64,000 nt of DNA from a bacterium. GTDB lineage: Bacteria > Patescibacteriota > Minisyncoccia > UBA6257 > 02-FULL-45-10c. The notes below the pieces were generated by a model. It had not been told where the DNA came from. It made no database searches and saw nothing but the letters and a program-made list of their open reading frames with translations. Position numbers and translations under genes: made by a program. Positions within the stretch are counted from its first letter, which is position 1, and the number at the start of each line of letters is the position of its first letter. This document shows, one piece after another, positions 27,990 through 37,233 of the stretch. The stretch covers positions 64,794 through 128,793 of the forward strand of contig JAJYMK010000001.1 in NCBI GenBank assembly GCA_021786945.1, read 5' to 3'.

Positions 27990-30900
27990 TATCTTTCTTA
28001 TACCTATCCAGATTTTCTTACTATCAATTTCTGATATTATTTCTGCATTGAACTTATCTGATTTTTTAAGTTCAACCTCACTGGCGCCGACATCTTTCTT
28101 TAAAACGTCTTTATTGGCCTCAATAATCACTTCCAATTCTTTATCGGTTTCAATCATCAGATAAACCCTGTCTTTGGGTACAAAACCTCCCTCCTGCCTT
28201 AAATCCTGCACCATTCGCGCTAAATCCCTCATTAAGCCCTCTTCTTTCAATTCCTTGGTAATTATAGTATCCAGCTCTATTTCACCGCCTAATTGCAAAT
28301 TTACGGAAACTTCTTTTACGTTCACTTCCTCCTTAATTAAATCCATAAATTCACCGTCTTTTATAGAAAGTTTTTTAGTGTTTATTTCCAATTTTGCTAA
28401 TGGCTGCCTGACTTTAATTTTCTTTTCGGCTCTTAACGCCAAAGCCAAACTGGCAATGCGCCTAGCCTCCTCCATTTTTTCAATTATTTCGTTATTGGTA
28501 AATTCTTCATTAATTACCGGCCAGTCTTCAAGATGTACGGAAAGCTTAAGATTTTTTTCGTCCAAAGATTTATATAAAGCCTCGGCAAAAAATGGAGCAA
28601 ATGGAGCAATGAGTTTGCTTATTTCCAAAAGACAATAATATAAAACAGCTGAGGCTCTTTCTAAATCATCTTTACTTTCCGCTTTCTGGAATCTGCGCCT
28701 AGATCTGCGGATATACCACCTGGATAAGTCGTCGGTAAAACTCTCAATTCCCTTACAAGCGTAATTTACATCGTATTTTTCCAAACTGATGGTAGTTTCG
28801 GAAACAACTTTATTTAATCTGGCTAAAATCCATCGGTCTATCAGATCAAAATTTGAAATATTTCCGGATAATTTTTTACCTAACAATCCATATGTTTCCA
28901 AAAATACAAAAGAGTTGAAAATTATTGCAATAAATCTGCGGTAAGCCTTGCCCAAATCCATTTCGTCGAATTTCTTGTATTCCGCAGGGGGATTGATGGT
29001 ATAAAAATACCAGCGGACAATATCTGATCCATATTTATTTATCATATCCCACGGACTTACTACGTTACCCTTTGATTTAGACATTTTTTGTCCATTTTTA
29101 TCCAAAACCAAACCCAAAGTAATGACATTCAAATAAGACGGGCCTAAACCCAAAGCCGTGGAAATAGCCAGAAGCGTATAAAACCATCCCCTAGTCTGAT
29201 CAATGCCCTCGGAAATATAATCGGCCGGAAATTGAATATTTGTTTTTATTTTATTCAAATCCAACTGCTCGGATTTTTTGACTCCGGATTCAAACGGATA
29301 ATGATATTGGGCATAAGGCATGCAGCCCGAATCAAACCAAACATCAGCCACCTCTTTCACCCTGCTCATCCTTCCTCTACATTTCCTGCATTTCAAATAA
29401 ACGCTATCCACATAAGGTTTATGTAAATCCAATTCAAAGGTAATGGTATTGTATGGGTAGTTATTGAATTTTACTTTTCTGATTTCAGCGATATCAATAT
29501 AAGGAGCTTTTAATGTTTCTTCATCGGATAATCCGTTCATTGAATTTTCCAATATCCAAAGAGGGTCGCCGTGTCCGGTAATCAAAATATTTTTATTACT
29601 ATATTTGGCATTAATATCAATCATAAAATCCATCACGCGTTTTCGGACATCGGTCAGAGTTTCCCCGCCAGCCGGAGCCTTCACGAATCTTTCCATTTCA
29701 TTTTCGAAAAACTTATGAAAATCGGATACCAAACGTCCGTTAAACATACCTACTTGAAGCTCGCCTAATCTTTTATCAATCACAATTTTTGCCCCGAATT
29801 TTTTGGCGGCAATTTTGGCGGTTTCTTTTGCGCGTGCATAAGGTGAAGAAATAATAAGATCAATTTTTTTCTTGCCTAATTGCTTGGCTAATTTGACCAC
29901 AGACTCGGCAACCTGTTCTTTGCCCTTCTCAGTTAAATGAGAAGTGTTGTTTTTAGTTTCAACCCCGGAAGCAATAGTCCCAGCCTGTACATGATTAGCC
30001 TCGCCGTGCCTCAAAAGCCAGAAATTATTTTCCGAATATCTGAGTTTATTAAAATCCTCAAGCCCGCCAACAACTTCAGTATTTTCACATTTATCACACT
30101 GCCAAATCGGAAGCGGAGTTCCCCAATATCTGTCTCGAGAAATAGCCCAATCCTTAATTTCCCTGAGCCATTCACCGAATCTTCCTTCTTTAATATGCTC
30201 CGGTACCCAATTTATTTTCTGGTTATTTTCCAAAAGCTTATCTCTTAATTTTGACATCTCTATAAACCAGGAAAACTTGGCAAAATACAAAAGCGGATTA
30301 GAGCATCTCCAGCAATGTGGATATTCATGCTCCACCGTTCCCGAACTGTACAGAATATTTCTCTCGGCTAAATTGGCGATAATATCCTTGTCGGCCTGCT
30401 TTACAAATTTTCCGGCACCAGGAAGACCCTTAGCCACAATACCCCTCTCATCGATAGTAATTGGGGCTTTTTTTGCCAGATCTTTAACTTCTTTTTTGAT
30501 TAAATTAAAATCATCTTCTCCAAAAGCCGGAGCGATATGGACCATGCCGGTTCCGTCTTCGGTAGAAACAAAATCAGCAGCTTTTACCGAGAAAAAACTC
30601 TTTTCTTTCTGGGCTATAGCAATTTTAAACAAAGGCTCATATTTCAAACCAACCAGTTTAAATCCGGAAATTTTTTCGACGGCTTCTATCTCGACACTTT
30701 CTTTTTCCGGAGGCGGATTATAGGCCCAGACAAATTCCTTTCCGACTTTATATTTTGTATATGTAAGCTTCGGGTTCACAGCCACAGCTACGTTAGACGG
30801 CAATGTCCATGGTGTAGTGGTCCAAACCAAAAGATATTCATTTTTCCTGCCTTTTATTTTAAATTTTATGAAAACCGATGGGTCGCTGACTTTTTTATAA

Positions 30901-31520
30901 GCTCCCGGCTGAGCCAATTCGTGACTGGAAAGCGGAGTCTGGCATCGCGGGCACCACGGCACAATTTTAAATGATCTGGTAAGTAATTTTCTGTTTGAAA
31001 TCTGCTTCAACACCCACCACAAACTTTCAATATAAGAATTATGATATGTAACATAAGGATTTTTCAGATCCAGCCAAAAAGCCACTCTGTCCGTAAGTTT
31101 TTCCCATTCATCCTTATATTTCCAGACCGAAGCCTTGGCTTTTTCGTTGAATTCGGCAACGCCAAATTTTTCGATATCATGCTTTCCCTTGAAACCAAGC
31201 TCTTTTTCTACTTCAATTTCCACCGGCAATCCATGCGTATCCCAACCCGCTTTCCTACTAACAAAATAACCCTTCATTGTTTTATATCGGGGTATCACAT
31301 CTTTAAAAGCGCGGCCCAAAACATGGTGAATGCCCGGCCTACCATTGGCGGTCGGCGGACCTTCAAAAAAATTATAGGCTTTAGCGCCCTCCCTTTGTTT
31401 TAAAGATTTTTCGAAAATCTGATTTTCTTTCCAAAATTTCAATACTTTTTCCTCAAGTTCCGGTAATTTAAATTCTTTTATTTTTCTTAACATATTCTTA
31501 TATATTAATAAAAAAACCAC
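27987..31520 (-). CDS. ileS: isoleucyl-tRNA synthetase (type 2) carrying an internal ~200-aa histidine-phosphatase (PGAM-like) domain insertion
   Basis: HIGH-class motif PPTANGRPGIHHVLGR; editing-domain WCPRCQTPLSSHE; KMSKS. Residues ~498-700 (nt ~29420-30030) contain the histidine phosphatase motifs LLRHGE, SSPYARAKETA and ITGHGD. This block lies between CDKC and CRKC Cys pairs. Confidence 0.9.
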   Translation of the reverse strand: MVFLLIYKNMLRKIKEFKLPELEEKVLKFWKENQIFEKSLKQREGAKAYNFFEGPPTANGRPGIHHVLGRAFKDVIPRYKTMKGYFVSRKAGWDTHGLPVEIEVEKELGFKGKHDIEKFGVAEFNEKAKASVWKYKDEWEKLTDRVAFWLDLKNPYVTYHNSYIESLWWVLKQISNRKLLTRSFKIVPWCPRCQTPLSSHELAQPGAYKKVSDPSVFIKFKIKGRKNEYLLVWTTTPWTLPSNVAVAVNPKLTYTKYKVGKEFVWAYNPPPEKESVEIEAVEKISGFKLVGLKYEPLFKIAIAQKEKSFFSVKAADFVSTEDGTGMVHIAPAFGEDDFNLIKKEVKDLAKKAPITIDERGIVAKGLPGAGKFVKQADKDIIANLAERNILYSSGTVEHEYPHCWRCSNPLLYFAKFSWFIEMSKLRDKLLENNQKINWVPEHIKEGRFGEWLREIKDWAISRDRYWGTPLPIWQCDKCENTEVVGGLEDFNKLRYSENNFWLLRHGEANHVQAGTIASGVETKNNTSHLTEKGKEQVAESVVKLAKQLGKKKIDLIISSPYARAKETAKIAAKKFGAKIVIDKRLGELQVGMFNGRLVSDFHKFFENEMERFVKAPAGGETLTDVRKRVMDFMIDINAKYSNKNILITGHGDPLWILENSMNGLSDEETLKAPYIDIAEIRKVKFNNYPYNTITFELDLHKPYVDSVYLKCRKCRGRMSRVKEVADVWFDSGCMPYAQYHYPFESGVKKSEQLDLNKIKTNIQFPADYISEGIDQTRGWFYTLLAISTALGLGPSYLNVITLGLVLDKNGQKMSKSKGNVVSPWDMINKYGSDIVRWYFYTINPPAEYKKFDEMDLGKAYRRFIAIIFNSFVFLETYGLLGKKLSGNISNFDLIDRWILARLNKVVSETTISLEKYDVNYACKGIESFTDDLSRWYIRRSRRRFQKAESKDDLERASAVLYYCLLEISKLIAPFAPFFAEALYKSLDEKNLKLSVHLEDWPVINEEFTNNEIIEKMEEARRIASLALALRAEKKIKVRQPLAKLEINTKKLSIKDGEFMDLIKEEVNVKEVSVNLQLGGEIELDTIITKELKEEGLMRDLARMVQDLRQEGGFVPKDRVYLMIETDKELEVIIEANKDVLKKDVGASEVELKKSDKFNAEIISEIDSKKIWIGIRKI

Positions 31521-31548
31521 CTTATGAAAAGGCGGGTTTTTTATATTT

Positions 31549-33264
31549 CTACATCCTCTCAGGAACTTTTATTCCTAGAATTTCTAAACCATTTTTCATA
31601 ATCTGCATAAATGCCAAAGTTAAAGCTAATTTATACGGAGAAAATTCGTCTTTCTTGTTTACGATTTTTACTTTAGCGTAATAAGCATTGAATACCCTGC
31701 TAAGCTCTATTAAATATGTAGCAATGTAATGCGGAGCCAATTCCTTCCCGGATCTTTCAACTACTTCAGAAAATCGGCAAATCATGCTTTCCAATTCGGA
31801 AACTTCATTCGGCATTAATTTTAATGCCGGCTTCACCTTTTCTTCTTTGGCTTTTTCCAAAACAGATTTGGCACGCGTATAGGCATATTGCAAATACGGC
31901 CCGGAATCGCCTTCAAAGGAGATGGATTTTTCAAAATCAAAAATAATATCCCCTCCTATTGCCTGCCTCAAAATCGAGTATTTTACAGCACCAATAGAAA
32001 CAACTTCTTTAATTTCTTTTTTTTCTTTTTCTGTTAATTTCTGGCCTGAGATTTTTTCTTCAACCAATTTTTCAACTTCAGCTATTAAAGATTCAGCCGT
32101 AATAATATTTCCTGCACGCGAAGACATTTTTCCGCTGGCAAAACGAAGCATGCCGTGTCCGATATGCCTGGAAATCTTGGCATACTCCGGAAAAATAAAT
32201 TCCAACGCCTTAAAAACCACCCTGAAATAATCATTTTGTTCATTGGCGGTCACAATCAAAGATGACGTCAATCTTTTTTCCAAACCCATCTTCTTTTTAG
32301 CCAAACCCAGATCCTTTGTTTCGTAGGTCGGTAAACCCTGGGAATTTATAAATACACGCGTATGAAGGCCATATTTATCGCCCGGGAAAATCACTGCACC
32401 GCTACTCTCTTCAAAAACTTTTTCTCGTCCTAAGTTTACCGAAGGATTCAAAAATTCTCTGACAATTTTTTCGCCATCGGAAATAACCGAAGATTCCAAA
32501 ATAATATGGTTAAATTTTGTGCCAAGTTTTTTATAAACCTCGTCAAAATGAGCCAAGCTCCACTTTTTTCCTTTTTCGTAAAAACGATTTATTTCTTTGT
32601 CAGACTTTTCGAAAACTTTTTTGTTTATTTCTTTTATTTCTCCGGCCGCAGCCTGATTATCTTCATATTTTTGGGAACCCAAAACATAGGACTTTCCCAG
32701 AAAAGCAATTTTTTCTTCCAATTTAGCACTGTCTTTAGGAAAATTTTCCTTATCCTGTAAAATCCCCCAGATTGTTTTTGCCACATGAAGGCCGACATCA
32801 CCCTGATAGCAAACTCTTATAACTTTTGCCCCATTCCATTCAAAAACTCTGCAAAGCGATTCGCCAATAGCATTACTCATCAAGTGTCCTATATGAAACT
32901 CCTTGAAAGGATTAGGGTCGGTATAGTCCAACATAATTTTCTGTCCTTTCAGATTGCTGTTTTTACCGTATTTATCCTTATTTTTTAAGATAATTGGCAA
33001 TTCACTCTGAAAAAATTCCGGTTTCATCCAAAAATTTATGAATCCCGGAGCTGCGGCTTCCACTTTTTCGATATATTCATTTTTAGAAAGTTTTTCCGCC
33101 AATTCTCCGGCTATTTCCAAAGGAGATTTTTTCTGTATTTTAGAAAGCTTAAAAGCAACATTTGAAGAATAATGCCCAAAACCAAACTTCTCCGAAGCCG
33201 ATACTCCCATATCGATATCTTCCTTAATCACCTCTTTTAGTATTTTGACTATTCTTTCAGTCAT
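31549..33264 (-). CDS. argS: arginyl-tRNA synthetase
   Basis: HIGH motif region FHIGHLMSNAIGESL; characteristic C-terminus ...LEILGIKVPERM; length 571 aa. Confidence 0.9.
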   Translation of the reverse strand: MTERIVKILKEVIKEDIDMGVSASEKFGFGHYSSNVAFKLSKIQKKSPLEIAGELAEKLSKNEYIEKVEAAAPGFINFWMKPEFFQSELPIILKNKDKYGKNSNLKGQKIMLDYTDPNPFKEFHIGHLMSNAIGESLCRVFEWNGAKVIRVCYQGDVGLHVAKTIWGILQDKENFPKDSAKLEEKIAFLGKSYVLGSQKYEDNQAAAGEIKEINKKVFEKSDKEINRFYEKGKKWSLAHFDEVYKKLGTKFNHIILESSVISDGEKIVREFLNPSVNLGREKVFEESSGAVIFPGDKYGLHTRVFINSQGLPTYETKDLGLAKKKMGLEKRLTSSLIVTANEQNDYFRVVFKALEFIFPEYAKISRHIGHGMLRFASGKMSSRAGNIITAESLIAEVEKLVEEKISGQKLTEKEKKEIKEVVSIGAVKYSILRQAIGGDIIFDFEKSISFEGDSGPYLQYAYTRAKSVLEKAKEEKVKPALKLMPNEVSELESMICRFSEVVERSGKELAPHYIATYLIELSRVFNAYYAKVKIVNKKDEFSPYKLALTLAFMQIMKNGLEILGIKVPERM

Positions 33265-33377
33265 AATTAAATATTATCAGAAATTTAGCCAAATATCATT
33301 ATTTTAAATATTTATTGACATATTTTTATTAGAGGAATAGCATTTAAATTAGTTATTTCAATCTTTACGGAGGGTTT

Positions 33378-33539
33378 ATGGAAATAAGGAAAAAGGTTAA
33401 ATGCAGATGCGGGCGCAAACTGACCCGCGTTTTCTGCGCCGACAACGAAACCACCCAGGTTTACTTCGTCGGCAAGAAAAAAGGAGAGGTCATAAAGAAG
33501 TGCCCTGGATGCAAAAAATCACTTAAGGGGTTGATATGA
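33378..33539 (+). CDS. unannotated small zinc-ribbon protein (53 aa), GC-rich
   Basis: Not in the ORF track (shorter than 60 aa). RBS GGAGGG lies 3 nt upstream of the ATG. Translates to MEIRKKVKCRCGRKLTRVFCADNETTQVYFVGKKKGEVIKKCPGCKKSLKGLI with a CxC...C...CxxC arrangement. Its stop codon overlaps the next gene's start. Confidence 0.35.
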   Translation: MEIRKKVKCRCGRKLTRVFCADNETTQVYFVGKKKGEVIKKCPGCKKSLKGLI

Positions 33540-33991
33540 AAGAAATAGAAAATATGACCCTGCTCCTGATGTTGGTGATAATCATGCTCTTCGTTGCTAC
33601 GAGCGGTATGAAAATCGCCAAAAAGGTCACTTTATTGATGCTGGGTCTTATAGTAGCTCTCTGGCTCTGCGGATGCCAGATGATGCAAAAAAAGACCTTC
33701 GTCCATAAAGGGTACGTATGCTATACCAACGCAACCATCATGGAAGTTAAAAACTCCCGCGAACAGCTGAAGTTTATGGGGGCGGCGGTAAAGCCTGAAA
33801 AAAAGAAGATGTGCGACACAGTCCTGCGGACCGATCAGAACGAAATGATGACGGCTTCACGTGAAGGCTACGTGGAATGTTCCACCAACACGGTGAACGG
33901 ACGCGTAACTGTCTACACCTTCAATAATCAGGTAATAGGCATAAATGACAGCCCTGATCCCTACCTCGAAGAAAACAACGCCAATAAATAG
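33536..33991 (+). CDS. hypothetical membrane or secreted protein (151 aa), GC-rich
   Basis: Two N-terminal hydrophobic segments and a Cys-containing C-terminal domain; GC clearly above the surrounding DNA. Confidence 0.4.
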   Translation: MKEIENMTLLLMLVIIMLFVATSGMKIAKKVTLLMLGLIVALWLCGCQMMQKKTFVHKGYVCYTNATIMEVKNSREQLKFMGAAVKPEKKKMCDTVLRTDQNEMMTASREGYVECSTNTVNGRVTVYTFNNQVIGINDSPDPYLEENNANK

Positions 33992-34004
33992 AGGGTGGCG
34001 CCTC

Positions 34005-34036
34005 AAAAAAAGTCCCGGAAGTTCGGGACTTTTTAT
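34005..34036 (+). terminator. intrinsic terminator (AGTCCCGGAAGTTCGGGACT followed by TTTTT)
   Basis: Hairpin 34011-34030. Confidence 0.55.
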
Positions 34037-34139
34037 TTAAAATAAGATATATTAAAAGTAAATTATATGCCAGGCAGTATAAATTCGGCCTTGCCTGGCG
34101 GCAATTTATAATTCATAGCCGAATTTCTACTGACCCGGT

Positions 34140-34583
34140 ATGGCTCAACCAATTATAGAAAATAGAAAAGCCAGATTTGAATATGAAATTTTGGAAACCT
34201 TTGAAGCGGGCTTGGTTTTGACCGGCCAAGAGGTTAAATCCATAATTTCCGGAAAGGCCAATATCGGAGCCGCGTTTGTATTGGTCAGGCCAAGCGGAGC
34301 CGAGCTGGTAAATTTCCAAATTTTGCCCTACCAGCCCAAAAACCAAGGCGGTAATTTTAAAGAAGACAGACCAAGAAAATTATTGCTTCACAAAGACCAA
34401 ATAGACTATTTAATAGGCAAATCCAAAGAAGGGGGCTTAGCCATCATTCCATTGACAATTTACAGAAAAAACAGCAAAATCAAGCTAGCTATCGGCTTAG
34501 CTAGGCATAAATCCAAACGCGACAAGCGTGAAACAATCAAAAAACGTGAAACGCAGAGAGAAATAAAACGCGTAGTCGGATAA
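34140..34583 (+). CDS. smpB: SsrA-binding protein SmpB
   Basis: ENRKARFEYEILETFEAGLVLTGQEVKSI matches the SmpB N-terminus; ~150 aa with a basic C-terminal tail. Confidence 0.9.
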   Translation: MAQPIIENRKARFEYEILETFEAGLVLTGQEVKSIISGKANIGAAFVLVRPSGAELVNFQILPYQPKNQGGNFKEDRPRKLLLHKDQIDYLIGKSKEGGLAIIPLTIYRKNSKIKLAIGLARHKSKRDKRETIKKRETQREIKRVVG

Positions 34584-34588
34584 ATAAA

Positions 34589-34964
34589 TGGGGGCGCTGG
34601 GCTTCGACGGTCATTGAAAAATTAGAATCGAACTGAAGCGTGGAACTTCGTTAAAATCCACAAACAGAAAAGTGCAAACTTTTCCTCAAAGTTAAGAATG
34701 CCAGCAATGGCATTTGCCTAACTTCCACGACATTTAATGTTGTGGCATCCAAGCGCTTGATGCTCGCTAGAGCTGTCTTGGGTGTTATATAAGCGAGATG
34801 CTTTCTTATTGCTCCCGCCAATAGGAATTAAGACTTGTCGGGATAGGTTAAAAAGTTTTCGCCAAACTTTCTACTTTTTAACCCAATTTAAGTTTGGCTA
34901 CGTTCGTACCAGTTCTAATCCGTAAATGATTCGGATGCGGGTTCAACTCCCGCCGTCTCCACAA
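34589..34964 (+). ncRNA. ssrA: tmRNA (ssrA), ~376 nt
   Basis: 5' end GGGGGCGCUGGGCUUCGACGG (tRNA-like acceptor/D region) and 3' end GGAUGCGGGUUCAACUCCCGCCGUCUCCACAA (T arm plus an acceptor strand pairing with the 5' GGGGGCG via two G-U pairs). Internal tag ORF GCA AAC TTT TCC TCA AAG TTA AGA ATG CCA GCA ATG GCA TTT GCC TAA encodes ANFSSKLRMPAMAFA*. It lies directly downstream of smpB. Confidence 0.75.
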
Positions 34965-35077
34965 ATTTAATAAAATAAATACCCAAAATTGGTTTATTTT
35001 TATTTAAATAAAGGCTTGGATATAAAATAAGCGGACACTCTAGACAAATCAATAAAAATCCATTAATATTTACTTCA

Positions 35078-35575
35078 TTGGTTAGAATAAACGAAAAAAT
35101 AAATGTTAGAGAAGTAAGAGTGATTGATGACACAGGCGCTAATTTAGGCGTTCTTGAAACATCTGAAGCTCTTAGGCTAGCCAAAGAAAAGGGTTTGGAT
35201 TTGGTAGAAATTTCCCCCATGACCAATCCTCCGGTAGCAAAAATTATTAGTTTTGATAAATATCGCTATCAGGAAGAAAAGAAATTGAAAAAACAAAAAG
35301 CCCAACAAAAAACTCAGGAGATGAAACAAGTTCAGATAAGCGTAAGAGAAGCTGAACATGACCTGGGTGTAAAAGCTACAAGAGTTAATAAATTCTTGGA
35401 TGAAGGGCATAGAGTAGAAATACTTTTGAACCTTCGCGGCAGAGAAAAAGCCCATCAAGATCTGGCTAAACAAAAATTGAGGGATTTTACCAAAATAGTA
35501 AATCCAGAACACAAAATACTTTCGGATATAAAATGGACGGGGCGAGGATTCAATATATTAATAGTAAAAAAATAA
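35078..35575 (+). CDS. infC: translation initiation factor IF-3
   Basis: RINEKINVREVRVIDDTGANLGVLETSEALRLAKEKGLDLVEISPMTNPPVAKI aligns to the IF-3 N-domain. The ORF has no ATG; the TTG at 35078 or an upstream in-frame ATA/ATC is the likely start, and the frame is open from 35012. Confidence 0.85.
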   Translation: MVRINEKINVREVRVIDDTGANLGVLETSEALRLAKEKGLDLVEISPMTNPPVAKIISFDKYRYQEEKKLKKQKAQQKTQEMKQVQISVREAEHDLGVKATRVNKFLDEGHRVEILLNLRGREKAHQDLAKQKLRDFTKIVNPEHKILSDIKWTGRGFNILIVKK

Positions 35576-35579
35576 ATTT

Positions 35580-35771
35580 ATGAGAAAAAGTTTTGCAAAA
35601 AGAGTAAGAATAACAAAAACCGGCAAAATGATGAGGCGTAAAATGGCTCAGGACCATTTTAGAGCCAACAAATCAGGGAAGCAAATACAAAGAAAAAGAG
35701 GAGCTTTGAGTACAAAGAAGGTTGATATCAAAGCCTTTCATGAATTAAAACATAAAGGAGTATTAAAATAA
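35580..35771 (+). CDS. rpmI: 50S ribosomal protein L35
   Basis: Small basic protein MRKSFAKRVRITKTGKMMRRK in the infC-rpmI-rplT order. Confidence 0.85.
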   Translation: MRKSFAKRVRITKTGKMMRRKMAQDHFRANKSGKQIQRKRGALSTKKVDIKAFHELKHKGVLK

Positions 35772-35775
35772 TTTT

Positions 35776-36120
35776 ATGCCAAGAACAAAAGGAGGCGTAT
35801 TGACCGCCAAAAAAAGAAAAAAAGTTTTAGCTTATACTAAAGGATTTAGATGGGACAGAAAAACCAAGAAGAGAGCCGCTATGGAAGCTTTGCTCCATGC
35901 CTGGACTCATGCATATAGAGGTAGAAAACAAAAAAAGCGTGATTATAGAACCCTCTGGAACGTCAAAATAAATGCCGCCGCCAGAGAATCCGGAGTTAAA
36001 TATAGTGTTCTTATTAATAAACTTAAGAAAGCTGATATCAAACTCGACAGAAAAATTTTAGCCGATCTCGCCAGGAATAATCCTCAGGTTTTCGCTAAAG
36101 TGGTTGCTAAAATAAAATAA
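35776..36120 (+). CDS. rplT: 50S ribosomal protein L20
   Basis: MPRTKGGVLTAKKRKKVLAYTKGFRWDRK... is typical of L20. Confidence 0.9.
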   Translation: MPRTKGGVLTAKKRKKVLAYTKGFRWDRKTKKRAAMEALLHAWTHAYRGRKQKKRDYRTLWNVKINAAARESGVKYSVLINKLKKADIKLDRKILADLARNNPQVFAKVVAKIK

Positions 36121-36130
36121 ATTATACAAA

Positions 36131-36160
36131 AAACCTCCGCCATTAAACGGAGGTTTTTGT
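36131..36160 (+). terminator. intrinsic terminator (CCTCCG-loop-CGGAGG followed by TTTTT)
   Basis: Hairpin 36134-36153 plus T-run. Confidence 0.55.
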
Positions 36161-36172
36161 TATTATTAATGT

Positions 36173-36706
36173 ATGGATAAAAAAATAACAAAAGATCTGT
36201 TTATTATAGCCTTCAGCATCGTTGTTGCAATAATTTTGGTTAAATCCAATGCAATAACAACATTAATCAATTCAACAAAAGAATACGAGATTTTGGCCGG
36301 ATTTATTTCTGGAATTTTTTATACTTCAATATTTACCGTAGTCCCCGCATCAGCAACTATTATAGAGATAGCCCAAAAATTCGATCCTTTTTTTCTAGCA
36401 TTTATCGGTGGCTTCGGCGCCCTTCTCGGAGATTATATAATTTTTAAATATATACGTGATAATATTTCTGGATATATTGCTGCAATAGCCAAAAAAATAA
36501 GACGCGAATCTGTTTTGGAATCAAAACTATTCAGCTGGTCTTTTTCTTTAATTGGCGCAGTAATAGTTGCTAGTCCACTCCCCGATGAAATCGGATTGGC
36601 CCTGATGGGAATAACAAAAATGAGGACTATTTATTTCGTCCCCATTTCATATATTTTAAACTTTATCGGAATTTTAGTTCTGGCCCTTATAGGTAAAGTT
36701 GTCTAA
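36173..36706 (+). CDS. integral membrane protein (177 aa), possibly DedA/VTT-like
   Basis: Four or five TM helices and a Gly-rich FIGGFGALLGDY segment. Confidence 0.3.
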   Translation: MDKKITKDLFIIAFSIVVAIILVKSNAITTLINSTKEYEILAGFISGIFYTSIFTVVPASATIIEIAQKFDPFFLAFIGGFGALLGDYIIFKYIRDNISGYIAAIAKKIRRESVLESKLFSWSFSLIGAVIVASPLPDEIGLALMGITKMRTIYFVPISYILNFIGILVLALIGKVV

Positions 36707-37209
36707 ACTGATTTTCTGCCCTGATAATTATTTCTGGTGTTTATCAGGGGTTTTCTATAATTATTTCTGGCATTCGCCTTTCTTACAAGATAATCATTAG
36801 CTTTTTTAAGTATAAATTTACTATTGTGGTGTTTTAATAACTTAACCGCGTCTTTATAAAGGAACCAGCCATAACCTTCATGTTCACTGGATAACTTTAT
36901 ATCAGCTTGGTTAGTTTGGGCTAAATAAAAAACAACAATCTTAAAAATCTTATTACCTTCGCGCTGATAAATATATCTATCGGATTCTTTAAAATCTCTC
37001 TCCATCCTTAGATTGCCAGGCAAAATTCCGGCCTCTTCGCCAGTCTCTCTTAAAGCCGCCTCGAAACTTCTCTCGTCTTGTTCTAGTTTTCCTTTTGGAA
37101 AATTCCAATATCCCCTGCCGTGATAAAGCAATAAATATTTTGTTTCCACTTTCCCATCACGATCTTTTATTCTTTTATAAATAACGATTCCGGCTGATAT
37201 TTCCCTCAT
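36703..37209 (-). CDS. NUDIX hydrolase
   Basis: NUDIX box GKLEQDERSFEAALRETGEEAGI (Gx5Ex7REUxEExGU). Confidence 0.75.
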   Translation of the reverse strand: MREISAGIVIYKRIKDRDGKVETKYLLLYHGRGYWNFPKGKLEQDERSFEAALRETGEEAGILPGNLRMERDFKESDRYIYQREGNKIFKIVVFYLAQTNQADIKLSSEHEGYGWFLYKDAVKLLKHHNSKFILKKANDYLVRKANARNNYRKPLINTRNNYQGRKSV

Positions 37210-37233
37210 AAAAATAAAAATGTCTTAGTAATA

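Noticed and set aside
29420-30030. IleS insertion interpreted as an intein
   Set aside because: There is no Cys/Ser/Thr at an N-extein junction followed by intein blocks, and no terminal His-Asn. The insert instead has the canonical RHG / SP..RA..TA / GHG histidine-phosphatase motifs.
28174-31403. ORFs on the + strand inside ileS (28174-28638, 29937-30248, 30277-30723, 30537-30974, 31041-31403)
   Set aside because: They are antisense to a confidently identified 1177-aa aaRS gene, and their translations have no motifs. They are spurious.
34915-35226. 103-aa minus-strand ORF overlapping the tmRNA 3' end and the infC start
   Set aside because: It overlaps a strongly supported ssrA gene and the infC 5' region; no motif. 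Spurious.
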